Of a stretch of DNA of 64,000 nt, positions 48,668 to 59,053 are shown one piece after another; position 1 is the stretch's first letter; each line of letters starts with the position of its first letter. The stretch comes from an uncultured bacterium (GTDB taxonomy: Bacteria > Hydrothermota > UBA3073 > NMUJ01 > CBEVQO01): the NCBI GenBank assembly GCA_965552055.1, contig CBEVQO010000003.1, forward strand, positions 96,001 through 160,000, in the 5' to 3' direction. A program made the position numbers and the translations under genes. The notes beneath the pieces were generated by a model, which did not search any database, had not been told where the DNA came from, and was given only the letters and a program-made list of their open reading frames with translations.

Positions 48668-49998
48668 TTGTAAATTTCCGAAAAAGTGGTTATCCAGACA
48701 CTCGAATCGTTTAAAATTTTCGATAAAATAAAATCGAGCAAATTTTCTCTTAATCTAATATCCATACCTCTTATGAATTCAGGATGAATTGTGCATACGA
48801 AGACACCCCCTATGTCTCTTACAAAGTTAATTTTTTCTTCATAAAGTTTAAATAATTGATTTAGGGAATATCCCAGATAAAGAGGAGTAATACAATCGGG
48901 AGCTGTTGGAGGTATTTCGAGTATTCCTTCATTGAAAAATGGAAAATTAAAAGAAATACCCGCACCAAAATCAGAAGGTCTTTCATAATCAACATCGGGA
49001 AAAGAAGAAGAAAAATCAAAACCTGCTTCCTTTAATGTTTTGTGAAGATAAATGTTTCGAGCAAAACGCGGACTCCTAAAACCTTTTACATCTATAAAAT
49101 TAAAATAACTTGATTTTATCTTTTTAAGCAAATCAATTAAATCTTTTCTGAAGATGAGATAACCTGAGTGATTATCACCATGACAAATGACTTCTCCTTT
49201 AAGGTCTGTGATTCTTAAAATATCTTTTAGAATTTTGAAAGGGATAGACACATTATATTTTATTTTCGCCTTTTCTAACTTTTTAAAAATTCTCTTTGCT
49301 GTTTTGAAAGTAAGAGGCGAAGGTTCAATGTCTATGCAAAGCACAAATGCCCATTTATAATTCATTGGCCAATAAGGAGCTCTTTTTATATTTAACCATT
49401 TAAGACAAATTGTAAAGAGTTCTTTTAAAAAATATCCTTTGAAATCTATTGGAAAATTCATGGGGGATTTCTTTTTCCTAAAAAAGATTTTAAACAAAAA
49501 CGGCATAAGATAATATCCTGTTTCGTAATAAAATCTCTGGAAAAAATAAGAATCTGCCAGTGATGGGGTATTTTTTGTATAAGTCTCATGTAAAAGAGAA
49601 TACAGAGAGATACCGAGGTCAAAAGTTATCCAGCATCTTTTTTCTTTCTGTATCAATAAAGGATAATTATCATAATATAAAAAAGTATCACAGTTACCTT
49701 TAAATTTTACCTTTATTCTTCTTGTGTGTGGTATAAGGATATGTTTAACTTTATATTTTTCAAAAACCGGATGGCGACAATTTATCAAAATTTTACACCA
49801 GTTTTCCTGCGTTTTACCTACAATTTCTGAATCAAAGAATTTTTTTGCCTTTCCTTTTGATAAATTACCGATAACAATTCCTTCGCCATCAAATTCGTCA
49901 TTCGGGTTTAGCCATATTTTAATGTTTTCTTTTACTCCTTCAATATGCAACAGGGTTTTAATAGCCCATTTAGATTTTTCTTCTTTTCCGATAATCAC
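48649..49998 (-). CDS. Polysaccharide deacetylase-like protein
   Basis: YWP...LCIDIE, CHGDNH, GFRSPRF, FSSS, TIHP. Confidence 0.7.
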   Translation of the reverse strand: MIIGKEEKSKWAIKTLLHIEGVKENIKIWLNPNDEFDGEGIVIGNLSKGKAKKFFDSEIVGKTQENWCKILINCRHPVFEKYKVKHILIPHTRRIKVKFKGNCDTFLYYDNYPLLIQKEKRCWITFDLGISLYSLLHETYTKNTPSLADSYFFQRFYYETGYYLMPFLFKIFFRKKKSPMNFPIDFKGYFLKELFTICLKWLNIKRAPYWPMNYKWAFVLCIDIEPSPLTFKTAKRIFKKLEKAKIKYNVSIPFKILKDILRITDLKGEVICHGDNHSGYLIFRKDLIDLLKKIKSSYFNFIDVKGFRSPRFARNIYLHKTLKEAGFDFSSSFPDVDYERPSDFGAGISFNFPFFNEGILEIPPTAPDCITPLYLGYSLNQLFKLYEEKINFVRDIGGVFVCTIHPEFIRGMDIRLRENLLDFILSKILNDSSVWITTFSEIYKWWKKR

Positions 49999-50003
49999 AC
50001 AAA

Positions 50004-50058
50004 AATATAATCTTAAAGTTAAAATGTCAACTTGACTTTTTTATAATTTAACTAAACT
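50004..50058. promoter_or_regulatory. Back-to-back promoters: minus TTGACA-N15-TATATT, plus TTGACT-N15-TAAACT; start codons 5 nt downstream of each
   Basis: Read directly. Confidence 0.6.
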
Positions 50059-50063
50059 TTTTG

Positions 50064-50750
50064 ATGGAAATATCCGTAGCTATTCCTGTTTTCAATGAAG
50101 AAAAGGCGATAAAAAAAGTAATTGAAGAATTAATTTTCTTTTTAAGCGAAAATAATTTGAATTTTGAACTCGTAATAATTGATGACGGCAGCACAGATTC
50201 TACTTTTTCTATTTTGCAAAGGTTTAGAAATAAGGGTTTTAAAATGAAAATAATCCGTCACAGATATAGACAGGGGATAGGGTTGGCGATAAAAGACGCT
50301 CTTTTAAATTCGCAGAATGAGTGGATTTTTCTGTTTCCCGGTGACGGGCAAGCGTCTCCTTTAGATCTTTTGAAAATGTTGAAATTTACTTCTAATTACG
50401 ATATAATAGTGGGAGTTAGAGAAAAAAGAGCAGATCCACGGTATAGATATATTACTTCGGACATCTGGAAATTTTTGATAAGATTTTTCTTTGGCATATC
50501 TTTTAAAGATATTAATTGGATAAAACTCATAAAAAGAGAAGTATTACAAAGTTTAGACATAAAATCCAAAAGTGCTTTTATAGATTCTGAGATTCTTTTA
50601 CGCGCTAAGAAGAAAGGATTTAGGATGATAGAAGTACCTGTATCTCATCGTGAGCGATTTGGAGGTAAGACGAAATGTCTTGCTCCATTAATTGCGTTCG
50701 ACGCACTAAAAGACATGGCAAAATTGCGAAAGGAAATTAGAGAAAAATGA
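50064..50750 (+). CDS. GT2 (DPM1-like) glycosyltransferase
   Basis: IPVFNEE, IIDDGSTD, GDGQ, EVPVSH. Confidence 0.9.
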   Translation: MEISVAIPVFNEEKAIKKVIEELIFFLSENNLNFELVIIDDGSTDSTFSILQRFRNKGFKMKIIRHRYRQGIGLAIKDALLNSQNEWIFLFPGDGQASPLDLLKMLKFTSNYDIIVGVREKRADPRYRYITSDIWKFLIRFFFGISFKDINWIKLIKREVLQSLDIKSKSAFIDSEILLRAKKKGFRMIEVPVSHRERFGGKTKCLAPLIAFDALKDMAKLRKEIREK

Positions 50751-52720
50751 GAGAAAAGATAATTTTGTTTTTTGTTATTGTATCCTTTATTTTTTACTTT
50801 AAAAAACCTTTCTTTGTGGAAGCGCATACTTATTTAAAAATGGTAAAGAATATTGAAAAAAAGTTTTTAGACCCTTATGCTGGCTACCATGAGTTTCATA
50901 ATTTCCAGATTCCCTTTTTTTACTACTGTAATGTCCCTCCGCTCTTTGCTTATTTTATTTATCCGTTTTATAAATTATTCGGAGAGAAAGAGATAGCATT
51001 TAGAATTCCTCTGTTCATTTTCTTTCTGCTTTCTATTTATTTTCTCCGAAAAACGATGTTACTTTTAAAAATGAGAACAGAATTTTATTTGCTGTTTTTA
51101 ACTTCTCCGCTTATTTTTATGAATTTTACAATAATATCTTCGATGATGGTCTCTTTTACTTTTTTCTTGATAAATTTTTATTTTCTTGAGGTATATATGT
51201 TTAGTAAGAAAATTAAACATCTTTTTATCTCATGTATCTTTGCTATTCTTTCTTTCTTAACACATTATTTGGGACTTTGCTCTTTATTGCCTTTTCTGGT
51301 TTATTTTTACAATAGAAAGAGAGAGATATTACTTTGTTTTTTGTTTTCCGCAATTTTTGCATTGCCTTTTTTTCTTCTAAATCTGAAATATTACGGGAAA
51401 ATTCATATTTTTGCTTTATGGAGATTACATGAGAAATTGGGTAATTTTTTGAATTTTTCTTTCTCCCGCAAGCTTGTAGCATTTGCAATGCTGACAGGCG
51501 GTACTTTATTTTGTCCTTTTTTCTTTATTTTCAATAAATCACTGGTAAGAAAATGGCTGTTACTTCTGCCTTTCGCTTTCCTTTTGATTTTCATATTGGA
51601 TGATACAAAGAAAATGCCTTTGCTCTATAAACTTTTTTCTTTATTGTTTTTAACAAATTTTCTTTTATTTCCTTTTCTTTTAAAATATAGAATTAATAGA
51701 ATTTTCTGTCTGTTTCTTATCTGTGGTGTTTTTACGCTGTTAATGTCTCCTTATGGAAGTATAAGGTATCTTCCTTTTGTTGCGTTTTTGTTTATACTTT
51801 TGTTAAGGCATGAATTATTTGCTTCCAGGTTAGAGTTGTTGGTTATCGCGAATTTTATTTTTTCTCTTTATCTTGCTTTTTCAGAATATTCCTTTGCCTC
51901 TTTTTATCGAGAAATTCCGCAAAAGGTTGATGTAAAGTGGTTTTGTCAGGAGTGTTGCGGTAAGATTTATTTCGAAAAAAAGGGAGCACATTATCTTGAA
52001 TTGAAAGAGAAGTTTGACCACTTTAAGAAACTTGCCGAGAAGTGTGATGTAAAAATAAAATTGAAAAAATCGGATTTGAAGTTCGGTGATAAAATAGCTC
52101 TTCCTCTTATAATGCATCCAACTGATTTAGGGGCGTCAAATTATTTTAAATTAAAAATTGAAAAAGAATACACTTTAAAGAGAAAATTCCTGTTAAAAAC
52201 TATGAATCCTTACAGTTTTACATCGTTATACTTCTCTGAATATGGTATTTTGCCTTATTGCTACGATAATAAAATATTTGAGAAATTTTTTATAATAAAA
52301 GTAGATACTACTACTTTAAGTTTTTTCAAATTCTTTGACAAATATCAGATGGCATGGACAGACCTAAATACCTATCCATTTTGTGTTTCTCCTGTTTGTT
52401 TACCTTCCGATACTTTTTTAGCACTAATTCAGCTTGCAGGTTCCTCATTGAAATTTGATGCAATAGTTTTGGTACATAAAATTAAGTTTAAAACGGGTAT
52501 TTTAAGTGCGAAAAAACTTCCAATTACAATGCGTGTAAAAATAAGGGATAAGCAGAAAGAAACCGTGCTATTTGAGAGAATCCATAAAAATGTTAAAAGG
52601 AATTTATCAGAAGAAGGGGAAATTTTTCTTGAGCCATTCTATGGTGATACCGTTGAGGTGATCTTTGAGGTATCAGGCGGAAGTGGTGCAGTATGGTGGG
52701 CGAAATTTAAAGAGTATTGA
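50747..52720 (+). CDS. Polytopic GT-C (ArnT/PMT-like) membrane glycosyltransferase
   Basis: NVPPLFAY...LFGEKEIAFR, many TM helices, IRYLPF, soluble C-terminus. Confidence 0.65.
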   Translation: MREKIILFFVIVSFIFYFKKPFFVEAHTYLKMVKNIEKKFLDPYAGYHEFHNFQIPFFYYCNVPPLFAYFIYPFYKLFGEKEIAFRIPLFIFFLLSIYFLRKTMLLLKMRTEFYLLFLTSPLIFMNFTIISSMMVSFTFFLINFYFLEVYMFSKKIKHLFISCIFAILSFLTHYLGLCSLLPFLVYFYNRKREILLCFLFSAIFALPFFLLNLKYYGKIHIFALWRLHEKLGNFLNFSFSRKLVAFAMLTGGTLFCPFFFIFNKSLVRKWLLLLPFAFLLIFILDDTKKMPLLYKLFSLLFLTNFLLFPFLLKYRINRIFCLFLICGVFTLLMSPYGSIRYLPFVAFLFILLLRHELFASRLELLVIANFIFSLYLAFSEYSFASFYREIPQKVDVKWFCQECCGKIYFEKKGAHYLELKEKFDHFKKLAEKCDVKIKLKKSDLKFGDKIALPLIMHPTDLGASNYFKLKIEKEYTLKRKFLLKTMNPYSFTSLYFSEYGILPYCYDNKIFEKFFIIKVDTTTLSFFKFFDKYQMAWTDLNTYPFCVSPVCLPSDTFLALIQLAGSSLKFDAIVLVHKIKFKTGILSAKKLPITMRVKIRDKQKETVLFERIHKNVKRNLSEEGEIFLEPFYGDTVEVIFEVSGGSGAVWWAKFKEY

Positions 52721-53924
52721 TTAATGTTTTCATTTTCTCTATAAATGCTTTTTCTGAATAAAATCTTTCAACTTTTTTCCTTCCATTATTTCCCAACTCT
52801 GCTCTTAATTTATCATCCTGCAACAATTTTAAAATGGCATCAGCCAATATCTTTGAATTATCAGGTGGAACAAGTATTCCTTCTTTTGGTGTTACTATCT
52901 GATTTACAGGTTCTACATTACAGGCGATCACAGGTTTTGAGCAGCTCCATGCTTCAAGGTAAACGATACCAAAGGATTCAACAGATGAAGGCAATACCAC
53001 TATGTCGCAAGTATTAAAAATAAGTGGTTTTAATTTATCTTTAAAATCGTAAATTTTAATGATATTTTTTTTCAAATTGAATGGCATTTTTTCTATTTCT
53101 TTTTCTAAAAACTTTGTATGGGGAGTTGTCTTTCCAGCTATTATTAATTTTACAGAAGGCATTTTTTTCCATACTTCTTTCATTGCGGTTAAAAGTGTAA
53201 ATATTCCTTTTTCTTTTTCATGACGGGCAATGAAACCGACCACTTTTTCTTGTTTTATGCCGAATCTCTTCTTTAAATCTTCCTTTGTTGCGAATTTAGA
53301 AAGATTCACAAAATCACCCAATATTGCGATTTTCTCTTTTTTTATCTTCCAGCGAGACACGATGTAATTTTTTTCAAATTCTGAGTTTACCCATATTTTA
53401 TCTGCTTTATTGAAAACAAATTTTATCGATTCTCTATCGAAGCACCACTTATCAAATGGGTGCACACAGGGTATAACTACAAATTTGAATTTCATGAATA
53501 CTCTAGCTATAGCACAATAGTATAATGTTAAGAAGGGCAGTGAAGCACTTATAACTATGTCGGGTTTTTCTTTCAAAATAGAAGGAATGATGGAAGGTAA
53601 AATTGGCCCTGTAAAAATGCATCTGAAAAAATCATTTAAAGGTAGCTTCTTGTGATATAATAGGGAACCAATTTTATACAAAATTTTAGGGAAGAATCTA
53701 ATTACATTAAATCTGATTACTTCAATGTTGTCAATTTTTACTTTTCTTTTCTTAAGTAAAGGGATATTTAAATTTACGAATGCATGTGGAGTCGGAACAT
53801 TTGTGGTGAAAATTTTCACTTTAAAATGTTTTTTTAAATAGTTAGCTATTTTTCTGATTTTATGCTCCGTGCCACCGATTGAAGGATAATAAGCATGTAC
53901 AACAATTAGCACCTTTTTACCCAT
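52707..53924 (-). CDS. GT4 glycosyltransferase
   Basis: YYPSIGGTE, KG, ESFGIVYLEAW. Confidence 0.92.
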   Translation of the reverse strand: MGKKVLIVVHAYYPSIGGTEHKIRKIANYLKKHFKVKIFTTNVPTPHAFVNLNIPLLKKRKVKIDNIEVIRFNVIRFFPKILYKIGSLLYHKKLPLNDFFRCIFTGPILPSIIPSILKEKPDIVISASLPFLTLYYCAIARVFMKFKFVVIPCVHPFDKWCFDRESIKFVFNKADKIWVNSEFEKNYIVSRWKIKKEKIAILGDFVNLSKFATKEDLKKRFGIKQEKVVGFIARHEKEKGIFTLLTAMKEVWKKMPSVKLIIAGKTTPHTKFLEKEIEKMPFNLKKNIIKIYDFKDKLKPLIFNTCDIVVLPSSVESFGIVYLEAWSCSKPVIACNVEPVNQIVTPKEGILVPPDNSKILADAILKLLQDDKLRAELGNNGRKKVERFYSEKAFIEKMKTLINTL

Positions 53925-55093
53925 TGGTAAATTTTCATTAATTCTTTGATAAAAGTATTAATATTCAGGGGTTTTTTTATTTTCATTTCTACTTTTAGCT
54001 TTTTGTTTTTTATAAACATCTCCATTTTTCGTGATAAATCGCAAGCGTTACGATATTTAAAAAGAAAACCTTCGGCATTATCTTTGATAAATTCCGGGAT
54101 GGCGCCTATCTGCGAAGCAATGACAGGAACTTTTGCATACTTTGCTTCTAGTAAAGTAAGAGGACAATTTTCAAACCATATTGATGGAAAAATTAATACA
54201 TCTATTTGTGAAAAAACTTCTCCAATTTTCTCGCGAGTAAATATACCGCGATATTCTATATTAGGAGAAATCGATTGTAAATTTTCTCCATAAGCAATGG
54301 CTTTGAAATCATAGCCCTTTTTCTTTAAAATTTCCACAGCTTTTTCAAAAAGGAAGAAACCCTTGTGAGGAGAAATGGTACCAATAAATCCAAAAGTAAT
54401 TTTCTCTTTTTTTCTCTTTTCGGGAATTTGAAAATATTTAATTCCATGGGGTAAATGATAAAAATTGCCACTTATCTCATACTCTTTATATTTTTTTATT
54501 AAAAATTTTGAAGGTGATATTAAAATTTTTGCCTTCGCTAATATCTTCTTCAGTATGTATCTTCGATATGCAAAATAGAAGAGAAAAAGGATGTAAAAAA
54601 GTAAAATTAAGAATTTTCCGTAAATATCAAAGTAACAAATAGGGCACCAGAAGATATTTTTATTGCAAGGGGTGCGGTTTTTGAAAAGTAAAGTTATTCT
54701 GGGACAAATAAACCAATAGTCATGTAATGTTATAATATAGTTTTTGAGTTTTAGAGGGAAGTTTAAAGGGAAGTTTATCAAATGATGAATATGAATGATA
54801 TCGGGATTTATTTTTGAAATCTTTTTCAAACTTAAAGAAATAAATTTTCTGCTTTCGTAACTTATTCCGAGGGCAAAGGCGAATTTTTTTATGAGAAAAA
54901 TGACTTTATCAATGTTTTTTTTAATTCTTGAAAAAAAAGTATTTTTGTAATGTTTTGGATGGAAAACTTCTGGGGACTTTATAATATAAACTTTGTGTTC
55001 ATTTTCGAGAATTTCTTTTATTTGTTGCAAATGAACCTGAACTCCTCCTTTTGTTTCGTTGTAGTCTTTGTCAATCAAGAAGAGTATTTTCAC
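53906..55093 (-). CDS. GT4 glycosyltransferase
   Basis: TLHDYWFICP, HKG, PSIWFENCPLTLLEA. Confidence 0.92.
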   Translation of the reverse strand: MKILFLIDKDYNETKGGVQVHLQQIKEILENEHKVYIIKSPEVFHPKHYKNTFFSRIKKNIDKVIFLIKKFAFALGISYESRKFISLSLKKISKINPDIIHIHHLINFPLNFPLKLKNYIITLHDYWFICPRITLLFKNRTPCNKNIFWCPICYFDIYGKFLILLFYILFLFYFAYRRYILKKILAKAKILISPSKFLIKKYKEYEISGNFYHLPHGIKYFQIPEKRKKEKITFGFIGTISPHKGFFLFEKAVEILKKKGYDFKAIAYGENLQSISPNIEYRGIFTREKIGEVFSQIDVLIFPSIWFENCPLTLLEAKYAKVPVIASQIGAIPEFIKDNAEGFLFKYRNACDLSRKMEMFIKNKKLKVEMKIKKPLNINTFIKELMKIYQWVKRC

Positions 55094-55098
55094 ATCAA

Positions 55099-55125
55099 AT
55101 TATAAACCTTAATCTGGTCTGTCAA
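55099..55125 (-). promoter_or_regulatory. Promoter TTGACA-N15-TATAAT, GTG 5 nt downstream
   Basis: Read directly. Confidence 0.7.
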
Positions 55126-55402
55126 TATAAATTTTTGCTTTCTAAATTAAGACAGTTTAACAAAAAATGGGGGTCAACTTTTCGGGGGTTTTTGTCATAA
55201 AAATCGAGAATTTTATCGAAATTTTTTTCAAAAGTTCTGTGAGGATTTTAGAGGAGTTTTTCTAAATTGGCTTAAATTCTAAATTTATGATGGACATCTA
55301 TTTTAAATTTTTTGGGAATTTTATGGTTGACAAATTTCATAATTCTTATAATAGAATATGATATGTTATTTAATTTAAGAAATAGTGAGGAAAGGGGGTG
55401 AG

Positions 55403-56542
55403 ATGAGGAAGAGGTTTTTAATGACGCCTGGGCCAACGCCTGTGCCTCCTGAGGCAGCGGTAGAGGAGGCGAAACCGATAATACATCACAGGACTAAGGA
55501 ATTTAGAGATATTTTCAGTACGGTAATGGAAGATATTAAGATACCTTTCAAGACGAAGAATGAGGTTTATATATTTGCTTCTTCTGGTACTGGGGCTATG
55601 GAAGGTGCAGTTGCCAATACTTTATCCCGTGGTGACAAAGCGATTTGCATAATGGCTGGCAAGTTTGGTGAGAGATGGGGTGAAATTTGCAGGGCATTTG
55701 GTGTGGAGGTTGTGCCCATTCAGCTTGAATGGGGGGAGACCTGTGAGCCCGATTTGCTTTCGGATACTTTGAAGAAGAATCCAGATGTTAAAGCGGTATT
55801 TACTACTCTTTGTGAGACAAGTACCGGGACTCTGTTTAAGATAAAGGAATTTGGAGAAATTGTTAAAGAAAAAGAGGATACTATTCTGGTTGTAGATGCT
55901 ATAAGTGGCTTATGTGCGGATAACATAGAGGTGGATGCATGGCATGTTGACATCTGTGTTGCTGCTTCTCAAAAAGGTATAATGCTACCGCCTGGGCTTG
56001 CGTTTTTCTCGATAAGTGAGAAGGCATGGAGATTGGTGGAGAAGAGTGATTTACCGAAATATTATTTTGATTTTAAGGCTTATAAGAAAGCATTTGAAAA
56101 ACAGGGAGATACTCCTTATACACCTGCGGTTTCTCTAATAAGGGCTTTAAGGAAATCGCTTGATATTATAAAGGAAGAGGGTATTGATAATGTTTTGCGT
56201 CGTCATGCGTTGATGGCAGAGGCTACAAGGCGAGCGATTAAAGCGCTTGGTTTTGAGTTATTAAGTAAATATCCTGCTAATACCTGTACTGCGATAAAGT
56301 ATAAAGATGGTATGACGGATGATTTTAGGAAGCATCTGTTAAATAAGTATGGTGTGCAAGTAGCCGGTGGTCAGTCACATTTAAAAGGCAAAATTTTCAG
56401 GATAGCCCATCTGGGGTATATGGAAAAGCCCGATGTTATTTACACGATTGCAGCAATTGAGATGGCGTTGCATGACCTTGGTATGCCGGTAGAGTTTGGT
56501 AAGGGAGTGGTGGAAGCAGAGAAAATTTTAAAAGATTTGTAG
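55403..56542 (+). CDS. Class V PLP aminotransferase (serine-pyruvate/alanine-glyoxylate family)
   Basis: LMTPGPTPVP, SGTGAME, ETSTG, VDAIS, SQKG, FRIAHLG. Confidence 0.93.
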   Translation: MRKRFLMTPGPTPVPPEAAVEEAKPIIHHRTKEFRDIFSTVMEDIKIPFKTKNEVYIFASSGTGAMEGAVANTLSRGDKAICIMAGKFGERWGEICRAFGVEVVPIQLEWGETCEPDLLSDTLKKNPDVKAVFTTLCETSTGTLFKIKEFGEIVKEKEDTILVVDAISGLCADNIEVDAWHVDICVAASQKGIMLPPGLAFFSISEKAWRLVEKSDLPKYYFDFKAYKKAFEKQGDTPYTPAVSLIRALRKSLDIIKEEGIDNVLRRHALMAEATRRAIKALGFELLSKYPANTCTAIKYKDGMTDDFRKHLLNKYGVQVAGGQSHLKGKIFRIAHLGYMEKPDVIYTIAAIEMALHDLGMPVEFGKGVVEAEKILKDL

Positions 56543-56551
56543 GAGGATATC

Positions 56552-57454
56552 ATGAAAGTAAGAAAAGTATTAATTTGTGACCCGATTTCTGAAAGTGCGC
56601 TAAATAAATTGAGGGAGAAAGGCATTGAAGTGATAGATGCATCTAATGAACCTAAGGATAAGTTAAAAGAATTGGTTAAGGGTGTTGATGTTATGGTGGT
56701 GCGTAGTGCGACGAAGGTACGCAAAGAATTGATAGATGAAATGGATCAGATGAAATTGATAATAAGGGGAGGCGTGGGTCTCGATAACATTGATGTTGAA
56801 TATGCTGAAAGCAAGGGTATTAAAGTTTTAAATACTCCGCGTGCGAGTACAATTTCTGTAGCGGAGCTTACTTTTGCCCATATTTTAGCACTTGCGAGAG
56901 ATGTAACGAGGTCAACGATCGCGATAAAAGAAGGCAAATGGGAGAAGAAAAAGTTAAAAGGAATGGAGCTGTATGGTAAAACTCTTGGCTTGATAGGAAT
57001 AGGTAGAATAGGTCAAGAAGTAGCGAAGCGTGCAATTGCATTCGGTATGTATGTTATTGCGTATCGTCGTTCAAGAAAACCTGTTAGAGGGGTAGAACTT
57101 GTTGATCTTGATACTTTGCTCAGAAATTCTGATATCATTTCTATTCATTGTCCTTTAACTGATGAGACACGGCATCTACTTGGTGAAGAAGAGTTTAAGA
57201 AGATGAAGGATGGCGTTATAATTGTTAACTGTGCTCGTGGTGGCATTATCGATGAGAAAGCACTTATAAAGTATGTGAAGAGTGGGAAAGTTAGAGGAGT
57301 TGGGCTCGATGTCTTTGAAGAAGAACCTCCAACGAATAAAGAATTATTATCTCTTCCGAATGTTTCCTTTACTCCGCATATTGGTGCACAAACCAAAGAG
57401 GCTCAGGAGAGAGTGGGTGAGGAGGTTGTTGAAACAATTTTAGGATTCTTTTAA
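56552..57454 (+). CDS. serA: D-3-phosphoglycerate dehydrogenase-like enzyme (no ACT domain)
   Basis: VRSATK, GVGLDNID, GIGRIG, NCARGG, TPHIGAQT. Confidence 0.85.
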   Translation: MKVRKVLICDPISESALNKLREKGIEVIDASNEPKDKLKELVKGVDVMVVRSATKVRKELIDEMDQMKLIIRGGVGLDNIDVEYAESKGIKVLNTPRASTISVAELTFAHILALARDVTRSTIAIKEGKWEKKKLKGMELYGKTLGLIGIGRIGQEVAKRAIAFGMYVIAYRRSRKPVRGVELVDLDTLLRNSDIISIHCPLTDETRHLLGEEEFKKMKDGVIIVNCARGGIIDEKALIKYVKSGKVRGVGLDVFEEEPPTNKELLSLPNVSFTPHIGAQTKEAQERVGEEVVETILGFF

Positions 57455-57455
57455 A

Positions 57456-58697
57456 ATGGCAGAAGTAAGAGCATTTTGTGGGATAAGATATAATCCAGAA
57501 AAGGTTGAGATAAGTAAAGTAGTTGCGCAGCCTTATGATAAGATAACCCCGGAAATGCAGGATGATTATTACAAAAAGAGTGAATACAATATTGTTAGAT
57601 TGACTTTACCGAAAGAGGAAAACCGATATGAGATTGCGAGAAAAAGATTTGAAGAATGGTTGAGAGAAGGCATTTTGATTCAGGATAGGGAACCTGCTTT
57701 TTATGTATATCATCAGGAATTCACGATACCGGGTACTGACAAAAGGGTTGTCAGGAAAGGATTTATCGGACTTTTGCGTCTTTATGATTTCGAGGAGAAA
57801 GTTGTTTTTCCTCATGAGAAGATACTGGCAAAACCGAAAGAAGATAGGCTACGGATGTTGCGGACTACTGGTGTGAATTTTGAAAGTGTATTTTTACTTT
57901 ATCCTGATGAGAAAAATGAAATTCAAAGTATTTTTGAAGAATTTATTAACGGTAAACCGCCGGAGATAGAAGTAGAAGAGAGTTATGAACCCGGTGTAAT
58001 TCACAGGCTTTGGACATGTTTTGATAAAGGGATTTTGGAAAAAGTACAGAAATTGATGGAGGATAAAACTTTGTTAATTGCTGATGGTCATCATAGATAT
58101 ACATCATCGCTTTTGTATAGCAAAGAGGAGCCTGCAGCGAGATACAGGATGGTGACATTTTGTAGTATGAATGACCCTGGGCTTAAAATTTTACCAACGC
58201 ACAGAGCAATTTATGGAGTTGATACAGAAAATTTACCACAAAGATTGGAAAAATATTTTAATGTTGAAAAGTTACGGGGAAAAGGTGAGCTACTTAAAAG
58301 GATGGAAGCAGAAGGCAATGCGATAGGGATGTATTGGAAGGGTGAATATTACTTGCTTACTCTTAAAGATGAAAGAATAATGGATGAAGTTATGGGAGAT
58401 GTTCCAGGAGCTTTGAAAATGCTTGATGTTAACATTTTGCATGAGCTTGCGATAGAAAGGGTTCTCGGGATAAGTAAAAAGAAGGTTGAAATGAAGGAAA
58501 ATATCGATTATTTAAGATATCTTGATGAAGGTATAAAAGGTGTTGATACAGGTAAATATGGAGTTTTATTTATTTTGAATCCTCCTGATGTTATGAAGAT
58601 AAAAGAAGTAGTTGAATCCGGTGAAGTTATGCCTCAGAAATCAACGGATTTTTATCCAAAGTTAGTTTCGGGTTTAATTATGTATAGGTTTAAATAA
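57456..58697 (+). CDS. DUF1015 family protein
   Basis: PYDKI, PHE, IADGHHRY, MPQKSTDFYPK. Confidence 0.9.
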   Translation: MAEVRAFCGIRYNPEKVEISKVVAQPYDKITPEMQDDYYKKSEYNIVRLTLPKEENRYEIARKRFEEWLREGILIQDREPAFYVYHQEFTIPGTDKRVVRKGFIGLLRLYDFEEKVVFPHEKILAKPKEDRLRMLRTTGVNFESVFLLYPDEKNEIQSIFEEFINGKPPEIEVEESYEPGVIHRLWTCFDKGILEKVQKLMEDKTLLIADGHHRYTSSLLYSKEEPAARYRMVTFCSMNDPGLKILPTHRAIYGVDTENLPQRLEKYFNVEKLRGKGELLKRMEAEGNAIGMYWKGEYYLLTLKDERIMDEVMGDVPGALKMLDVNILHELAIERVLGISKKKVEMKENIDYLRYLDEGIKGVDTGKYGVLFILNPPDVMKIKEVVESGEVMPQKSTDFYPKLVSGLIMYRFK

Positions 58698-58715
58698 TTA
58701 AAAAAGGGGGGTGTT

Positions 58716-59006
58716 ATGAAGAAGGCGGACTTAGTAGCCCTTGTTGCAAAGAAGGCGGGTGTGACGAAAAAAGTCGCCCAGAGTGCTGTTGATGCTGTGA
58801 TAAAGGGTATATCTGATGCACTCACAAAGGGTCAGAAGGTGACACTGGTTGGCTTTGGCACATTCGAGGTTCGCAAGAAGGCTGCTCGTAAGGCTCGCAA
58901 TCCTCGTAACAGGGATCAGATAATAGAGGTTCCTGAGAAGATGGTACCTAAATTCAGACCGAGTTCGAAGTTGAAGGAAGCAGTAGCGAAGCTCAAGGTG
59001 AGGTAA
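58716..59006 (+). CDS. hup: DNA-binding protein HU
   Basis: VTLVGFGTFEVR, ARNP, VPKFRPS. Confidence 0.96.
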   Translation: MKKADLVALVAKKAGVTKKVAQSAVDAVIKGISDALTKGQKVTLVGFGTFEVRKKAARKARNPRNRDQIIEVPEKMVPKFRPSSKLKEAVAKLKVR

Positions 59007-59053
59007 GGGTGAAGTCGGGGGGCTCCGCCCCCCAATAAAAAATCCCCGGATAA

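Noticed and set aside
55327..55357. Another N15 promoter
   Set aside because: Spacer is 14 (TATAAT) or 19 (TAGAAT), so it was not counted; noted as an exception
59016..59040. Terminator after hup
   Set aside because: Short G/C stem lacks a U-tract on the plus strand
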